Positions 25,394 through 37,328 of a stretch of DNA of 64,000 bases are shown here, piece by piece. Every line of letters begins with the position of its first letter. Positions within the stretch are counted from its first letter, which is position 1. A program made the position numbers and the translations under genes. This DNA comes from Octopus sinensis (taxonomy: Eukaryota). The notes under the pieces were generated by a model. The model was not told the origin of the DNA. It searched no databases and was given only the letters and a program-made list of their open reading frames with translations. The DNA lies in NCBI RefSeq assembly GCF_006345805.1, contig NC_043022.1:4960001-5024000 (forward strand), given 5' to 3'.

Positions 25394-26099
25394 TTCACCA
25401 CAAGGACCCCACCTGCAAGATCTTCATATGAGATCACCATGTCACACATACATGGTTTTGGTACATGTACCTGGTGTACCCTTATCAGACAAGTATACTG
25501 GGCTTTGTATAATTGTACCCCAGTGTCACTTTGATGGCACACGTTGCTCTCTCACTCAATAATAATAGTAATAACTAGCTGGAACTGTGAAAAATTCACA
25601 GAAAATGAAAGCACCTGTAAATTGTGTGCTGGTGCCTTGAGAAATGTTTCTATATTGTGACAGTTAAAGATAGTGAGCTGACAGAATTACCATGCTGGGC
25701 GAAATGCTTAGCAGTATTTTGTCCGTCTTTATGTTCTTTTATACTGTTCCCAGATGAACCAACTTCACGGCAGGAGGTGCAGATGAGGGCAGCTGCATCG
25801 AACTCTCTCATGCACCAAATGGCAATTGCTAAAAAGCATTCGTGAAGTAAAATCATGTAGCAACACCAAATGGCAGTGCCCCAGCATGGCCACAGCTTGT
25901 GAGCTGAAACTAGATAAAAATTAAAAAAAAAAAAAAAAAAAATATATACCTACGCAAGATATTTTCACAGACGTAAGTCTCTGGAAATTCAAGGGGTGGT
26001 TGCAATTCAGAGAGTACAACCCTACAGAATGTGCGCAGTTTGGAGTGAAAGTATATAAAGTTTGTCAGTCATCCGTTGTCGCGTGTGGCTATACTCTCG

Positions 26100-26293
26100 T
26101 TCTCTTTCTTTTACTTGTTTCAGTCATTTGACTGCGGCCATGCTGGAGCACCACCTTTAGTCGATCAAATCGACCCCGGGACTTATTCTTTGTAAGCTCA
26201 GTACTTATTCTATCGGTCTCTTTTTGCTGAACCACTAAGTGACGGGGACATAAACACACCAGCATTGGTTGTCAAGCAATGCTAGGAGGACAA

Positions 26294-26326
<33 letters not shown>

Positions 26327-26497
26327 CATATATACGACAGGCTTCTTTCAGTTTCCGTCTACTAAATCCACTCACAAGGCATTGGTCGGCCCGGGGCTAT
26401 AGCAGAAGACACTTGCCCAAGATGCCACGCACTGGGACTGAACCTGCAACCATGTGGTTGGTTAGCAAGCTACTTACCACACAGCCACTCCTGCGCC
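26100..26497 (-). mobile_element. SINE family A inserted in the piggyBac transposase
   Basis: Full head-to-tail copy between the GYT and LWNY codons. Confidence 0.88.
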
Positions 26498-26749
26498 TTT
26501 GGAACTATAAAATATATATTGGCGAGGACAGGGTTGCGAACATTCTAGCATCAACTAATGTCGTCATGGATTTGAGTGACGAACTGTTAGACAAAGGGTA
26601 TAACATTTATATGGATGACTGGTTTTCCAGGCCCGACTTGTTTCAGCAGCTGCAGGCCAGGAGAACAAATGGATGTGGGATGGTCCGCACTTTCAGGAGG
26701 AACAAGGCCCTCGATCTTCGAAAGCCAAAACTTGAGAAAAGAGAATACC

Positions 26750-26980
26750 TATTTCTTTACTACCCACAAGGGGCTAAACACAGAGAGGACAAACAAGGAC
26801 AGACAAATGGATTAAGTTGATTATATCGACCCCAGTGCGTAAATGGTACTTATTTAATCGACCCCGAACGGATGAAAGGCAAAGTCGACCTCAGCGGAAT
26901 TTGAACTCAGAACGTAACGGCAGACGAAATACGGCTACGCATTTCGCCCGGCGTGCTAACGTTTCTGCCAGCTCGCCGCC
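26750..26980 (-). mobile_element. SINE family B inserted in the piggyBac transposase, with an 18-19 bp TSD
   Basis: TTGAGAAAAGAGAATACC at 26732-26749 and 26981-26998. Confidence 0.92.
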
Positions 26981-27774
26981 TTGAGAAAAGAGAATACCGT
27001 TCGACGGACAGTGGTCTCCTGGTGTTGGTCTGGCGAGACAGAAAGTACATGACCATACTGAGTACAATGCACTCTGCTGCAATGTCTGAAACTGACAAAC
27101 GGAATCGTGCAGGGGACCCCATCATAAAAGCTGATGTCGTACAGGACTACAACAGCGCAATGAGTCGGGTGGATAGATCTGATCAGTTGGCTACCACGCA
27201 CAAATCTGCACGAAGATTCGGAAAATGGTACAAAAAATTATTTTTGTACATTGTGGATATGGCTCTTGTGAACTCACATCTGATCTGGTGAATGCTGGGT
27301 GTTGAAGCAACTGGACTCGCTTTTCACGAGGCTTTGTTAAATGAAATTCTCAAAGTTTCCGAGCTGCTCAACATGGACGTCTTTACGCTTGACTGACTCC
27401 AAACCGGCGTCTGAACTGACGAGGACATTTCCCGCACTTCATACCGCCAACGGAAAAAAAGCAGAATGTGGCAAGGAGATGTATTGTATGCACCTCACAC
27501 CACTGTAGGTGTGAAACCAGATATCGTTGTCCGGACTGTGATGTGTCCTTTTGCATAATACCGTGTTTTGAGTTGTACCACACGCAAGCTATTTTTTTAA
27601 CATGAGCAGAATAACTCATGCATATCATATGATAGATAGCTTCACGTAGTTTGTTTTCATAAACTGATTGACATAAATGTATGACGCTATGTTATTGTAA
27701 CGGTGAACGTAAATAGAGGCTAGCTCGTTAGCACTTGTGTGTTTGTGTGGCCTCATTAGATAAAAAAACCCCAG

Positions 27775-28168
27775 AGGAGTGGCTGTGTGGTAAGTAGCTT
27801 GCTAAACAACCACATGGTTCTGGGTTCAGTCCCACTGTGTGGCATCTTGGGCAAGTGTCTTCTGCTATAGCCCTGGGCCGACCAATGCCTTGTGAGTGGA
27901 TTTGGTAGACGGAAACTGAAAGAAGCCTGTCGTATATATGTATATATATGTATGTGTGTGTCTGTGTTTGTCCCCCTAGCATTGCTTGACAACCGATGCT
28001 GGTGTGTTTATGTCCCCGTTACTTAGCGGTTCGGCAAAAGAGACCGATAGAATAAGTACTAGGCTTACAAAGAATAAGTCCTGGGGTCGATTTGCTCGAC
28101 TAAAAAAAAAAAGGCGGTGCTCCAGCATGGCTACAGTCAAATGACTGAAACAAGTTAAAGAGTAAAGA

Positions 28169-28170
<2 letters not shown>
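27775..28170 (+). mobile_element. SINE family A, plus strand
   Basis: AGGAGTGGCTGTGTGG head through AAGAGTAAAGAGT tail. Confidence 0.88.
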
Positions 28171-28202
<32 letters not shown>

Positions 28203-28539
28203 GTATGTATGTATGTATGTATGTATGCATGTATGTGTGTGTATATATATATATATGTATATATTTATATGTATATATATGTGTGTGTGTGTATACATAT
28301 ATATATATATATATAGTATTTGAGGGAGAGGACTTTAAGAATAAAGAGAGTAACAGAAAGAAAAAGATAAAGAAAAAGAGAAGCAAGCTGCATCCATTTG
28401 CGGCGATGGATGTGATGGATGTAATTTGGGTCCAGGAATGGATTTTGCTGTGAAGTCACACTGGGGACATTGATGATTTTGATTTTGCCTGGGTTTGGGC
28501 AAACGTGTTGTTTGATTGTGGGATATAATTCTTCTGTGG

Positions 28540-28810
28540 AAGTGCAATGGCCCAGTGGTTAGGGCAGTGGACTCACAGTCATAGGATTGTGGTTTCGATT
28601 CCCAGACTGGGCATTGTGAGTGTTTATTGAGCGAAAACACCTAAAGCCCCATGAGGAAGGGCCAGCCTTATGCTGAATCTCCCTGAGAACTACATTAAGG
28701 GTACACATGTCTGTGGAGTGCTCAGCCACTTGCACATTAATTTCACGAGCAGGCTGTTCCATTGATCGGATCAACAGGAACCCTCGTCGTCGTAACCAAC
28801 GGAGTGCCAT
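28540..28810 (+). mobile_element. SINE family D, plus strand
   Basis: tRNA-like CAGTGGTTAGGGCAGTGGACTC...GTTTCGATTCCC head, then a body matching the 17-kb copies. Confidence 0.75.
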
Positions 28811-28869
28811 GATAATTCTTCTATTCCTTTTCTTCCACTCAAATTGTTTGGATGCATCATAACACACAA

Positions 28870-29065
28870 AGATCAATCTCGGCAATGACTTTCTAAAGAT
28901 GTCAGATTAAGCCGTAGCGATTTTAGGGATTGCTTCAAATTATCCTTATACTTAAGGGGGTGGTGGTGGGGTCTTCCTTTGATGCAATATCCCTCCACTT
29001 GTTGGCCATACAAAATAATTTTCGGTATGTACTCATTTTTCATTCGAACAGCATGTAATACTTGA
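28870..29065 (-). mobile_element. RTE-type LINE 3' fragment
   Basis: HAVRMKNEYIPKIILYGQ..G...GRP...KYKDNLKQSLK motif. Confidence 0.7.
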
Positions 29066-29914
29066 TGATAATCATCATCATCATCATCGTTTAACATCCG
29101 TTCTCCATGCTAGCATGGGTTGGACGGTTCGACCGGGGATCTGGGAAGCCAGAAGGCTGCACCAGGCTCCAGTCTTATCTGGCAATGTTTCTACAGCTGG
29201 ATGCCCTTCCTAACGCCAACAATAATAATTATTTCAAATTTTTGTCAGAAGGGTAGCTTGGGGGAGGTGGGGATGTGTTGATAACACCGACCTCAAAAAG
29301 ATGAAAGGCAAAGTCGACCTTGGTGGAATTTGAACTCAGAATGTAGAGATGAGTGAAATACAGCTGAACATTTCATCCAGTCCACTAACGATTCTGCCAG
29401 CTCACCACCTTAATGATAATAATAATATTAATAATAAGGCACCAAACCCAGTTTAGTACAGCTCCAGAAAATTGTTTTTAGGGACAGCTATGATACTTAG
29501 GGGGTTCTTGACATCTAATGTTACTTGTTGTAGCCCGATGTAAGGACATTTTTCTTTTCCACCAGTCTATTCTGTTGTCATCATCATCATTTAACGTCTG
29601 TTTTCCATGCTAGCATGGGTTGAACGATAATAATTAATCCGTAAACAGTGTCAAATTACTTTTAAATGTACATAACGGCAATCACCTTTTACTGTCATCT
29701 TAACATCAGACAATCATCTTCTAATTAAATTACTTTTAAAACAAATCTCTAATTTACTTTTGTTTTGACAGACATTCTCTAGAACAATACTCTGTACAAA
29801 ACCAAATATATGACACCCTAGGCATAACACCAACATGAACTTCTAACTAGTTGTCTCTTGAAGTCTCTGTGTGAGACTTGGAGCCAACTTGTACAAATAC
29901 AAAGCAAAAGCCAA

Positions 29915-29963
<49 letters not shown>

Positions 29964-31972
29964 GTAGAACACCGGGGACGTTTAACATGTGAGAGCGATA
30001 AAACAGTGCTCCGAAATCAATCCACAAACATTGGAAACAAAGACATCACATGGAGACAAAAATTAACTGACAAAGGATTGGACTATATCCGAGTAAGTAA
30101 TACTCATTGAAATTTATTACTATTTTCCAAACAAAATTATGTATCTTAACTTGATATCATCTCCACCTCTAACACAACACATGTAAACATGCGTGATACA
30201 TTATGATCGATCAACACCAGATCATCTCCGGCCCCAAACACCATGTACAAAAAAACTACGAATAAATTAAATAATACCGGTATTATTCAACCCAAGAATA
30301 ACAATTGGGAAGTACGTACCGTAAACTTACAACATAAAATGTACGAAAAACTACACATGCAAAACAATGTGACAACAGAAATGAACGGATCGGTACCCTA
30401 CGAAAATGACGACCGTCAAAATAATGGGCCGGACTTTGTCCCTCATGTCCTGCAAATAAAACCAAAAAGGCATAAATGGACACGTGAGGAATACATTTCA
30501 ATCCTACATGCTTACTTTACAGCAGTGCTCTACCCAAAGAGCGAAAACACAACATATACATATAAAATATGGAAGCAAAATAACATAAGTAAAGACCTGG
30601 ATACAGCAATGAACCCTAATAAACTAGCTAATGTGCGAAGATATATTCTCAACGCAAAAAAATATCAGGAATAGAAATAGAACATTTAAAAGAAAAAATA
30701 CATCAGGAAAATGTAGATAGAAGCCACATAACAATGCCAAATGATATAAACACTGAAACAGTAAAACATGAAGACAAATGTAACATTTCCAACAAAAACG
30801 ATGTAAACAAAAAACATACATAATAATACACAACAAACAGCAAGCCAAAACACGACAAACAAACATACGAATGAGAAAGAAAGCGACACAAATCTAAAAC
30901 CTAGAAACAACGAAGGGGAGCCTAATGATTACGATACTATAAAAAGTAGAATAATCAAAGAACTGAAAACCACAGCGCTCAAAATGGAACACCAACCATA
31001 CCTCCCAAAAATCAAAATAGACAAAACAACAACACTAATTATAAACAGCATAAACCTAGTCGTCACGGAACTAATAGCCACTGAAACAAAAAGTGATATC
31101 ACTGAGCTAAATGACTTAGTATACGCAGCAGCCACTGCAGCCACAAAAGAAGCTGGATACTCACTCAAACCCATCCAAACAGGAGTACCACCACCCAAAC
31201 AAACCCTGTGGATAAATAACATCCAAAACGAAATACAAAAAATGAGAAAAGATCTGTCGATTCTTAATGAAATCAGTAGACAATCAACGCTATTTAGCAA
31301 CAAAAAGAAAACAAAAATACTCCACAAATACAACATCATAGAAAAAGATTTACCTGAGATAAAAGAAAAGCTAAAGCAAGATATCCTTGCCAAAGCACAA
31401 AGGATCCGCCGGTACGAGAAACGCCAACGTTTCTTTGAACAAAACAAACAGTTCAACTCCAACCCCAAAAAGTTCTACCAAGAACTTGGCAAAAATAAAA
31501 TAGAAATCACTGTAGCACCAACGGCAGAAGAAGTGGAAGAATTCTGGCGAGAAATATGGTCGGCGAACGAACAACCAAAAAAAAGGAGTATTAAAACAAC
31601 AAACTCAGCATCTGAGCAACTTTGGAACCCCCATAACAACTGAAGAGGTCACCCAGGCACTGCAAAACTAAGCAACTGGAAGGCACCTGGGCATGACAAA
31701 ATCCCCAACTTCTGGTTGAAATATCTAACAGGAATGCACAAAAAGCTGGCTGAAAACTTTAACAACATACTGGCAGAGCCAGAGACAATGCCTGAATGGC
31801 TCATGAAGGGGAAAACCATCTTAATTCCCAAATCAAATGAGACAGCAAAACCAGAAAACTACAGACCCATAACCTGTCTCCCTACAATGTACAAAGCATT
31901 TACTGCAGTAATATCACAAAGATTGAACAAGCACCTGGACGAAAACAACCTGTTTCCAGAAGAGCAGAAAGG

Positions 31973-33043
31973 ATGCCGCAAGGCTCATATGGCTCTAAAG
32001 ATCAACTAATGATCAATAAAGCCATAACTGAAGACAGTCACAGAAAGAAGAAAGGCCTCAGTATGGCCTGGATCAACTACAAAAAGGCGTTTGATAGCAT
32101 CCCCCACACATGGATCCTCGAAACACTAGCCATTAACAAAGTTGCACCAACAATTATAAAATACATAGGACACTCTATGAATAAATGGCAGACAGTGCTA
32201 CAGCTCCAAACAAAAGAGGGACTTGTGAAAACCAAAGCCATCCCCATTAGAAGAGGAATATTCCAGGGAGACACGCTCTCTCCACTCCTTTTCTGCTTGG
32301 CACTGTCACCTCTATCAGATATGCTAAACAGAACTGGATGCGGATATAAATGTTACGGCAAAACGATCAGCCACCTTTTATATATGGATGACCTAAAACT
32401 ATACGCTGCAAATGACAAGCAGCTGGAAACACTACTAAAGACAGTTCATGGATTTACCAAAGAAATAGATATGAAATTTGGATTAGAAAAATGCGTCAAA
32501 GTAACCCTGAAAAGAGGAAAACTAGTTAAGAGTAGCAACATCAAACTAGATGAAGCCAATGAAATAAAAGAATTAGACCAAAGCCAAACTTACAAATACT
32601 TAGGAATCCATGAACTAGATAAGACACAACACACACAAATGAAAGAGAAAATAAAAAAAGAATATTACAGACGAGTTAGATCAATACTGAAAACAGAGCT
32701 CAATGCTAAAAACAAGATAATAGGTATCAACACTTTAGCCGTCCCAGTTATAAGTTACAGCTACAATATCCTTAACTGGACACTAAATGAACTGACCAAA
32801 ATAGATAGGAAAACAAGAAAAATAATGCATCACCTAAAATCTGACTTAGAAAGGCTATACATACAACATATAGAAGGTGGTAGAGGCCTTATACAGCTGG
32901 AAAACTATTATAAAATAACCACCATAGGACTGCAAAAATATCTACTTCAGAAGGAAGGAAAACTGATACAAATAGCAAAACATGAGCAAAACAAAAAACT
33001 GTTCTCAGTATTTAAGGAAGCTGACAAATACAAACAGAAATAG
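31973..33043 (+). pseudogene. Reverse transcriptase domain of the R4/Dong-like LINE
   Basis: 356-aa ORF with QGDTLSPLLF and YMDD; joined to neighbouring ORFs by frameshifts. Confidence 0.92.
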
Positions 33044-33245
33044 AAATCATACCACCTAACAAATATGAAGAAGAAGAAGAAGAAGAAGAAGAAGAAGAAA
33101 CAACAAAAGCTATAAAACAAATGAAATCCAAACTAAAAATAGAACAGCAACGAACCATGATAAAACGATGGCAAGAAAAGCCCCTTCATGGCAAATACTG
33201 GACTAAACTAAATGCAAAAGAAATAGACAAAGAAAAATCCCAGCA

Positions 33246-33935
33246 ATGGTTGAGAAGCTCAGGACTCAAAGCAGAGACAGAGGGATTTTTAATTACAGCA
33301 CAAGATCAAAGCCTCCCACCAGAAATTACCAAAAACATGTAATGAAAAGAAATATAACAAGTAACTGCAGAATATGTGGAGATGGACAAGAAACAATATA
33401 TCAGATTATCCCTGGCTGCCCAGTCCTGGCTAAGAAGGAATGTATTCACAGACACGACAGAGTTGGAACCTATATACACTGGAAGCTATGCCAACATTAT
33501 GGAATAACAACAGAAAAAAGATGGTGTAAGCACATGCCAGAAAAGGTCACAGAAAACGAGAAAGCAACCATACTCTGGGATATGCCAATACACACAGATA
33601 GAGAAATTAAGGCCAACAGACCAGATATAGTTGTCAGAGATCATGAAGAAAAAAAATGCTTTCTAATTGATGTATCAATACTGGCAGATGACAACATGTC
33701 TCTAAAAGAAATGGAGAAACTTTCAAAATACAGAGACCTGGAAATAGAGGTAACCAGAATGTGGAATCTAAAAACAGAAACAATTCCTATCATAATAGGT
33801 GCATTAGGCATGATAAAAAAATATTCAGACAAATACATAACAAAAACACCAGGATTTACAAACACATATAACATACAGAAAATTGCACTACTAGGCACTG
33901 CACACATCCTACGCAGAACACTTTCCATACAATAA
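33246..33935 (+). pseudogene. CCHC-type zinc finger and restriction-like endonuclease (PD-(D/E)XK) of the R4/Dong-like LINE
   Basis: CRICG...C, HRHDRV, ILWD, RPDIVV, IDVSI, EKLSKYRDL. Confidence 0.9.
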
Positions 33936-34050
33936 CCATTAGAGCATCACAACAAATCACAGCACATACCCAAGGCACACAGAGCTGCGCTCGGTAGTGA
34001 TGTGAAAGCACGCTATAAAAAGAAAAATAATAATAATAATAATAATGATA

Positions 34051-34081
<31 letters not shown>

Positions 34082-34104
34082 TGCTCCACCCTTATTGCAG
34101 CCCC

Positions 34105-34275
34105 TATTTGTTCAAGGTGGAGCACTTGCAGAAAACAGCACTGCTTAGAACTGCTTGAATACTCCGGAAGGTGCTCAAAAAATAAGAGGTGTTACCTTAG
34201 TTCACTGGTAAACAGCTGACACCATAGTACATCTCCAGCGTTAGAAGCTGTGCAAAGGCAATAATAATAACAATA
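34105..34275 (+). mobile_element. Extreme 3' fragment of a second RLE LINE family with a (TAA)n tail
   Basis: Translates VEHLQKTALLRTA*ILRKVLKK*; its 3' UTR differs from the upstream element. Confidence 0.72.
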
Positions 34276-34792
34276 ATTATAATCCTTTCTTTATTGGTCA
34301 CAATGGCCAAACACAAAAACATAAAGGGACAATACAAAACAAGGGATAAGTGGGGTTTAAAACAGAAAACAATAAAAAAAAAAAAAAATAAAACAACAAA
34401 ATTGCCCACTGGGGAGAGTTTCAACCAGGGTACCCCACACATCCTGGTCATCCTAACTGTCAAGGGCATGCCAAGTAGGCACCCCTCTTCCCCTCAACTG
34501 CTCCAGCTTACAGAATGATTTCTTTTATTTGCCATGTGACGGGCGAGGGGAACAAAGACAGATATAAGGTGTTGGGGGTTTACCTCCAATCGAATGGATT
34601 AATCACTGAGGGATCCTTTCTACCATAGGTACAATACCTAAAAAAGGGGACAAGGACAGTTAATTAAATCAACTCTTGTGTTCGACTGGCACTTTTTGCA
34701 TTGACCCTGGAAGGATGAAAGGTAAAGCTGACCACGGCAGAATTTGAACCCAGAACATAAATTGCCATAACAAATAATTTCTTTCATTGTGT

Positions 34793-34829
<37 letters not shown>

Positions 34830-35194
34830 GGTGGTGGATAGTGGCGGCAGTGGCGGTGGCGGTGGTTGTAGTAGCAGTAGTGGTAGTGATGGTGGTTGTT
34901 GTAGTATCAGTAATGGTGGTGATGCTAATTGTAGTAGCAATAGTGGTGGTGGTGATGTTTGTAAAATGAGGAAGGTGGTTGTGATGGTGATGGGCAGGAT
35001 GTGGAATAACGAGTGGAGGATGATGGTTTCTGAAGAGGGAAGACATTTAGTAGAAAAGCGATGGAGGAAGATGAATGAGGAGGAGGAGGAGGAGAGGTGG
35101 AGAAGAAGGAGAGGGTGGCATTGAAGGTGACAATCAGTAAAGAGGAATGAGATGAAGTGTATATATATATATATATATACATATAAAATTTCTC

Positions 35195-35241
<47 letters not shown>

Positions 35242-35331
35242 TAAAATTAATTAAGGTAGAAATTGATATTTATCAATTAAAACCAGTGGTCTAGTATATT
35301 AAAAAAGAATCCGAAGATTAAAATATTTATA

Positions 35332-35454
35332 TATACCAATTAAGGACTGAACACGAAAAGTAGATATAGATGTCAAATTTTTGTGGAGAATGGCGATTTG
35401 ACGTCTATTTCTAGCATGTTGACTGTCCACTTTTCGTGTTCAGTCCTTAATTGG

Positions 35455-35458
<4 letters not shown>
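35332..35458. mobile_element. Short fold-back MITE in (TA)n
   Basis: TACCAATTAAGGACTGAACACGAAAAGT (35334-35361) is the exact reverse complement of 35429-35456; inner TAGATGTCAAAT/ATTTGACGTCTA arms; a related end lies at ~62130-62215. Confidence 0.8.
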
Positions 35459-35507
<49 letters not shown>

Positions 35508-35522
35508 AATTTCTCTTAATTT

Positions 35523-35567
<45 letters not shown>

Positions 35568-36542
35568 GTGGAGAGAGAGAGGGAGAGCAATGCGTGATGA
35601 TGGGATTGTGAAAATAGGTAAAGATGGGGAAGGGAGAGCGTTACCGATGACGATGGTATGGAGATAAGCAACACTTTTTCATTTCCTTCTATTTTGTCAT
35701 TTCTCTCTTTCTCTCGTTTGTTCTTTTTCTTTCTCTTTCTCTTTCTCTCAGTTCAAACCCCACTACTGCCACCAACTGCCTCTACTGGTACTTCTACCAC
35801 CGCCACCACCACCACCGTCACCGCCACCACCACCACCACCACCGCCACCGCCGCCACCACCACCACTGCCATCGCCACCACCACTACAACCACTACAACT
35901 GCCACCACCACCACTGCCGCCGCCACCACTGCCACCGCCACTACCACCGCCACTGCTACCACCACCGCCGCCGCCACCACTGCCACCACCACCACCACTA
36001 CACCACCACCACCACTACAACCACCACCACCGCCACCGCCACCGCCACTACCACCACCGCCACCACCACGACCGCCACCGCCACCACCGCCACCACCACC
36101 ACTCCACCACTACCACCACCACCACCGCCGCCACCACCGCTACCACCACCACCACCACCACCACCATTACTAGTTTCCATTCTCGTTGTGCATGTTTTGA
36201 TCTCTACTCTCCTCTAAGACTCTACACTAAAACATCTCAACTTACGACATGCACACAGCTTATACATTGCACACGCATTGTACACACCCAAGTACACGTA
36301 CGTGCACACGCACAAAAAAGGAACACAAACCTATGTAAACAGACCTCTTATGCACACCTGATAGCATCTGTATAAGTATGTGTATATATGTATGTACATT
36401 ATTATTGTCATTTTAAAGTCTGCCTTTCATGCTAGCATATATGTCGATAAGCACATGAATGCATGTGTGTGTGCACGTGAGTGCGTGTGTAAATATCTAT
36501 CTATATATATATGCATAAATATACATATACATACATATACAG

Positions 36543-36573
<31 letters not shown>

Positions 36574-36912
36574 GACACACATTCATATATATACATATAC
36601 ATACATATATCTATCTATCTCTATATATCTATACATATCTACATACATACACACATACATACATACATAATACATACATACATACATACATACACACACA
36701 TACATACATACATACATACATACACACACACACATACATACATACATACATACATACATACATGCACACATACATATGTAAGTGTAGGCATGGCTGTGTG
36801 GTAAGAAGTTTGGCACCTTGGGCAAGTGTCTTCTACTATAGCTTTGGGCTGACCAAAGCATAACGAGTGGATTTGGTAGATGGAAACTGAAAGAAGCCTG
36901 TCATATATATAC

Positions 36913-36958
<46 letters not shown>

Positions 36959-37020
36959 TGAATACCGCTGGTGATTTTTTTTCCTCTGTCTTCCCTTCTC
37001 TGGATCTTTCCTTCTCCTAT

Positions 37021-37055
37021 GTTTCCGATGAAGAGCTCCACTCGAAACGTTAAAC
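37021..37055 (+). ncRNA. Minimal type I hammerhead ribozyme motif (PLE type, U4C core variant)
   Basis: GUUU-CCGAUGA-A-GAG(CUCCA)CUC-GAAA-CGU-U-AAAC: 4-bp stem I, 3-bp stem II, palindromic ACGU stem III; within a ~190-bp element between (TA)n runs. Confidence 0.6.
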
Positions 37056-37158
37056 CCTCCTTCTTCCCTTCTTTCCTGAGCATCCAATAAACTTTATTTG
37101 TTCCACGTCCTCGCGTTGTTGTGTTTTTTTGTTTTTTTGTGTTTTTTTGTTGGATTAA

Positions 37159-37195
<37 letters not shown>

Positions 37196-37284
37196 TATTA
37201 GAGACAAAACCACTATTTTGCAAAACAAACAAGGAAAGACTTAATCAATACATAAAAATTTTTAATAAATAGTCAAAAAAACCG

Positions 37285-37328
37285 CCACCTACAATCGTTT
37301 CTTGTCTTGATCGACAATCTTCAGGTGG
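37285..37328 (-). ncRNA. Hammerhead ribozyme motif, left palindrome arm
   Basis: Reverse complement CCAC-CUGAAGA-UUGUC(GAUCAA)GACAA-GAAAC-GAUU-GUA-GGUGG; one extra G disturbs stem I. Confidence 0.55.

Larger units (their letters stand above)
25949..27600 (+). pseudogene. piggyBac (PGBD4-like) DDD transposase relic interrupted by two SINEs
   Basis: TDVSLWKFKGWLQFREYNP...FGVKVYKVC (25949-26096); LWNYKIYIG...GYNIYMDDWF (26497-26749); VWRDRK...DYNSAMSRVDRSDQ...KWYKKLFLYIVDMALVNSH; C-terminal RCIVC...RYRCPDCDVSFCIIPCFELYH. No piggyBac TIR seen. Confidence 0.9.
29964..34025 (+). mobile_element. Near-full-length R4/Dong-clade RLE LINE, frameshifted, flanked by (TAA)n; 5' boundary uncertain (29964-30240)
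   Basis: N-terminal RHKWTREEY motif (30243..30674); RT motifs WKAPGHD, YRPITCLPTMYK, EEQKGCRK, KAFDSIPH, RRGIFQGDTLSPLLF, LLYMDDLKL, YKYLG; CRICGDGQETIYQIIPGC zinc motif; RPDIVV...LIDV REL endonuclease; terminal IQKIALLGTAHILRRTL; (TAA)n at 29920-29963 and 34025-34082. Confidence 0.92.
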
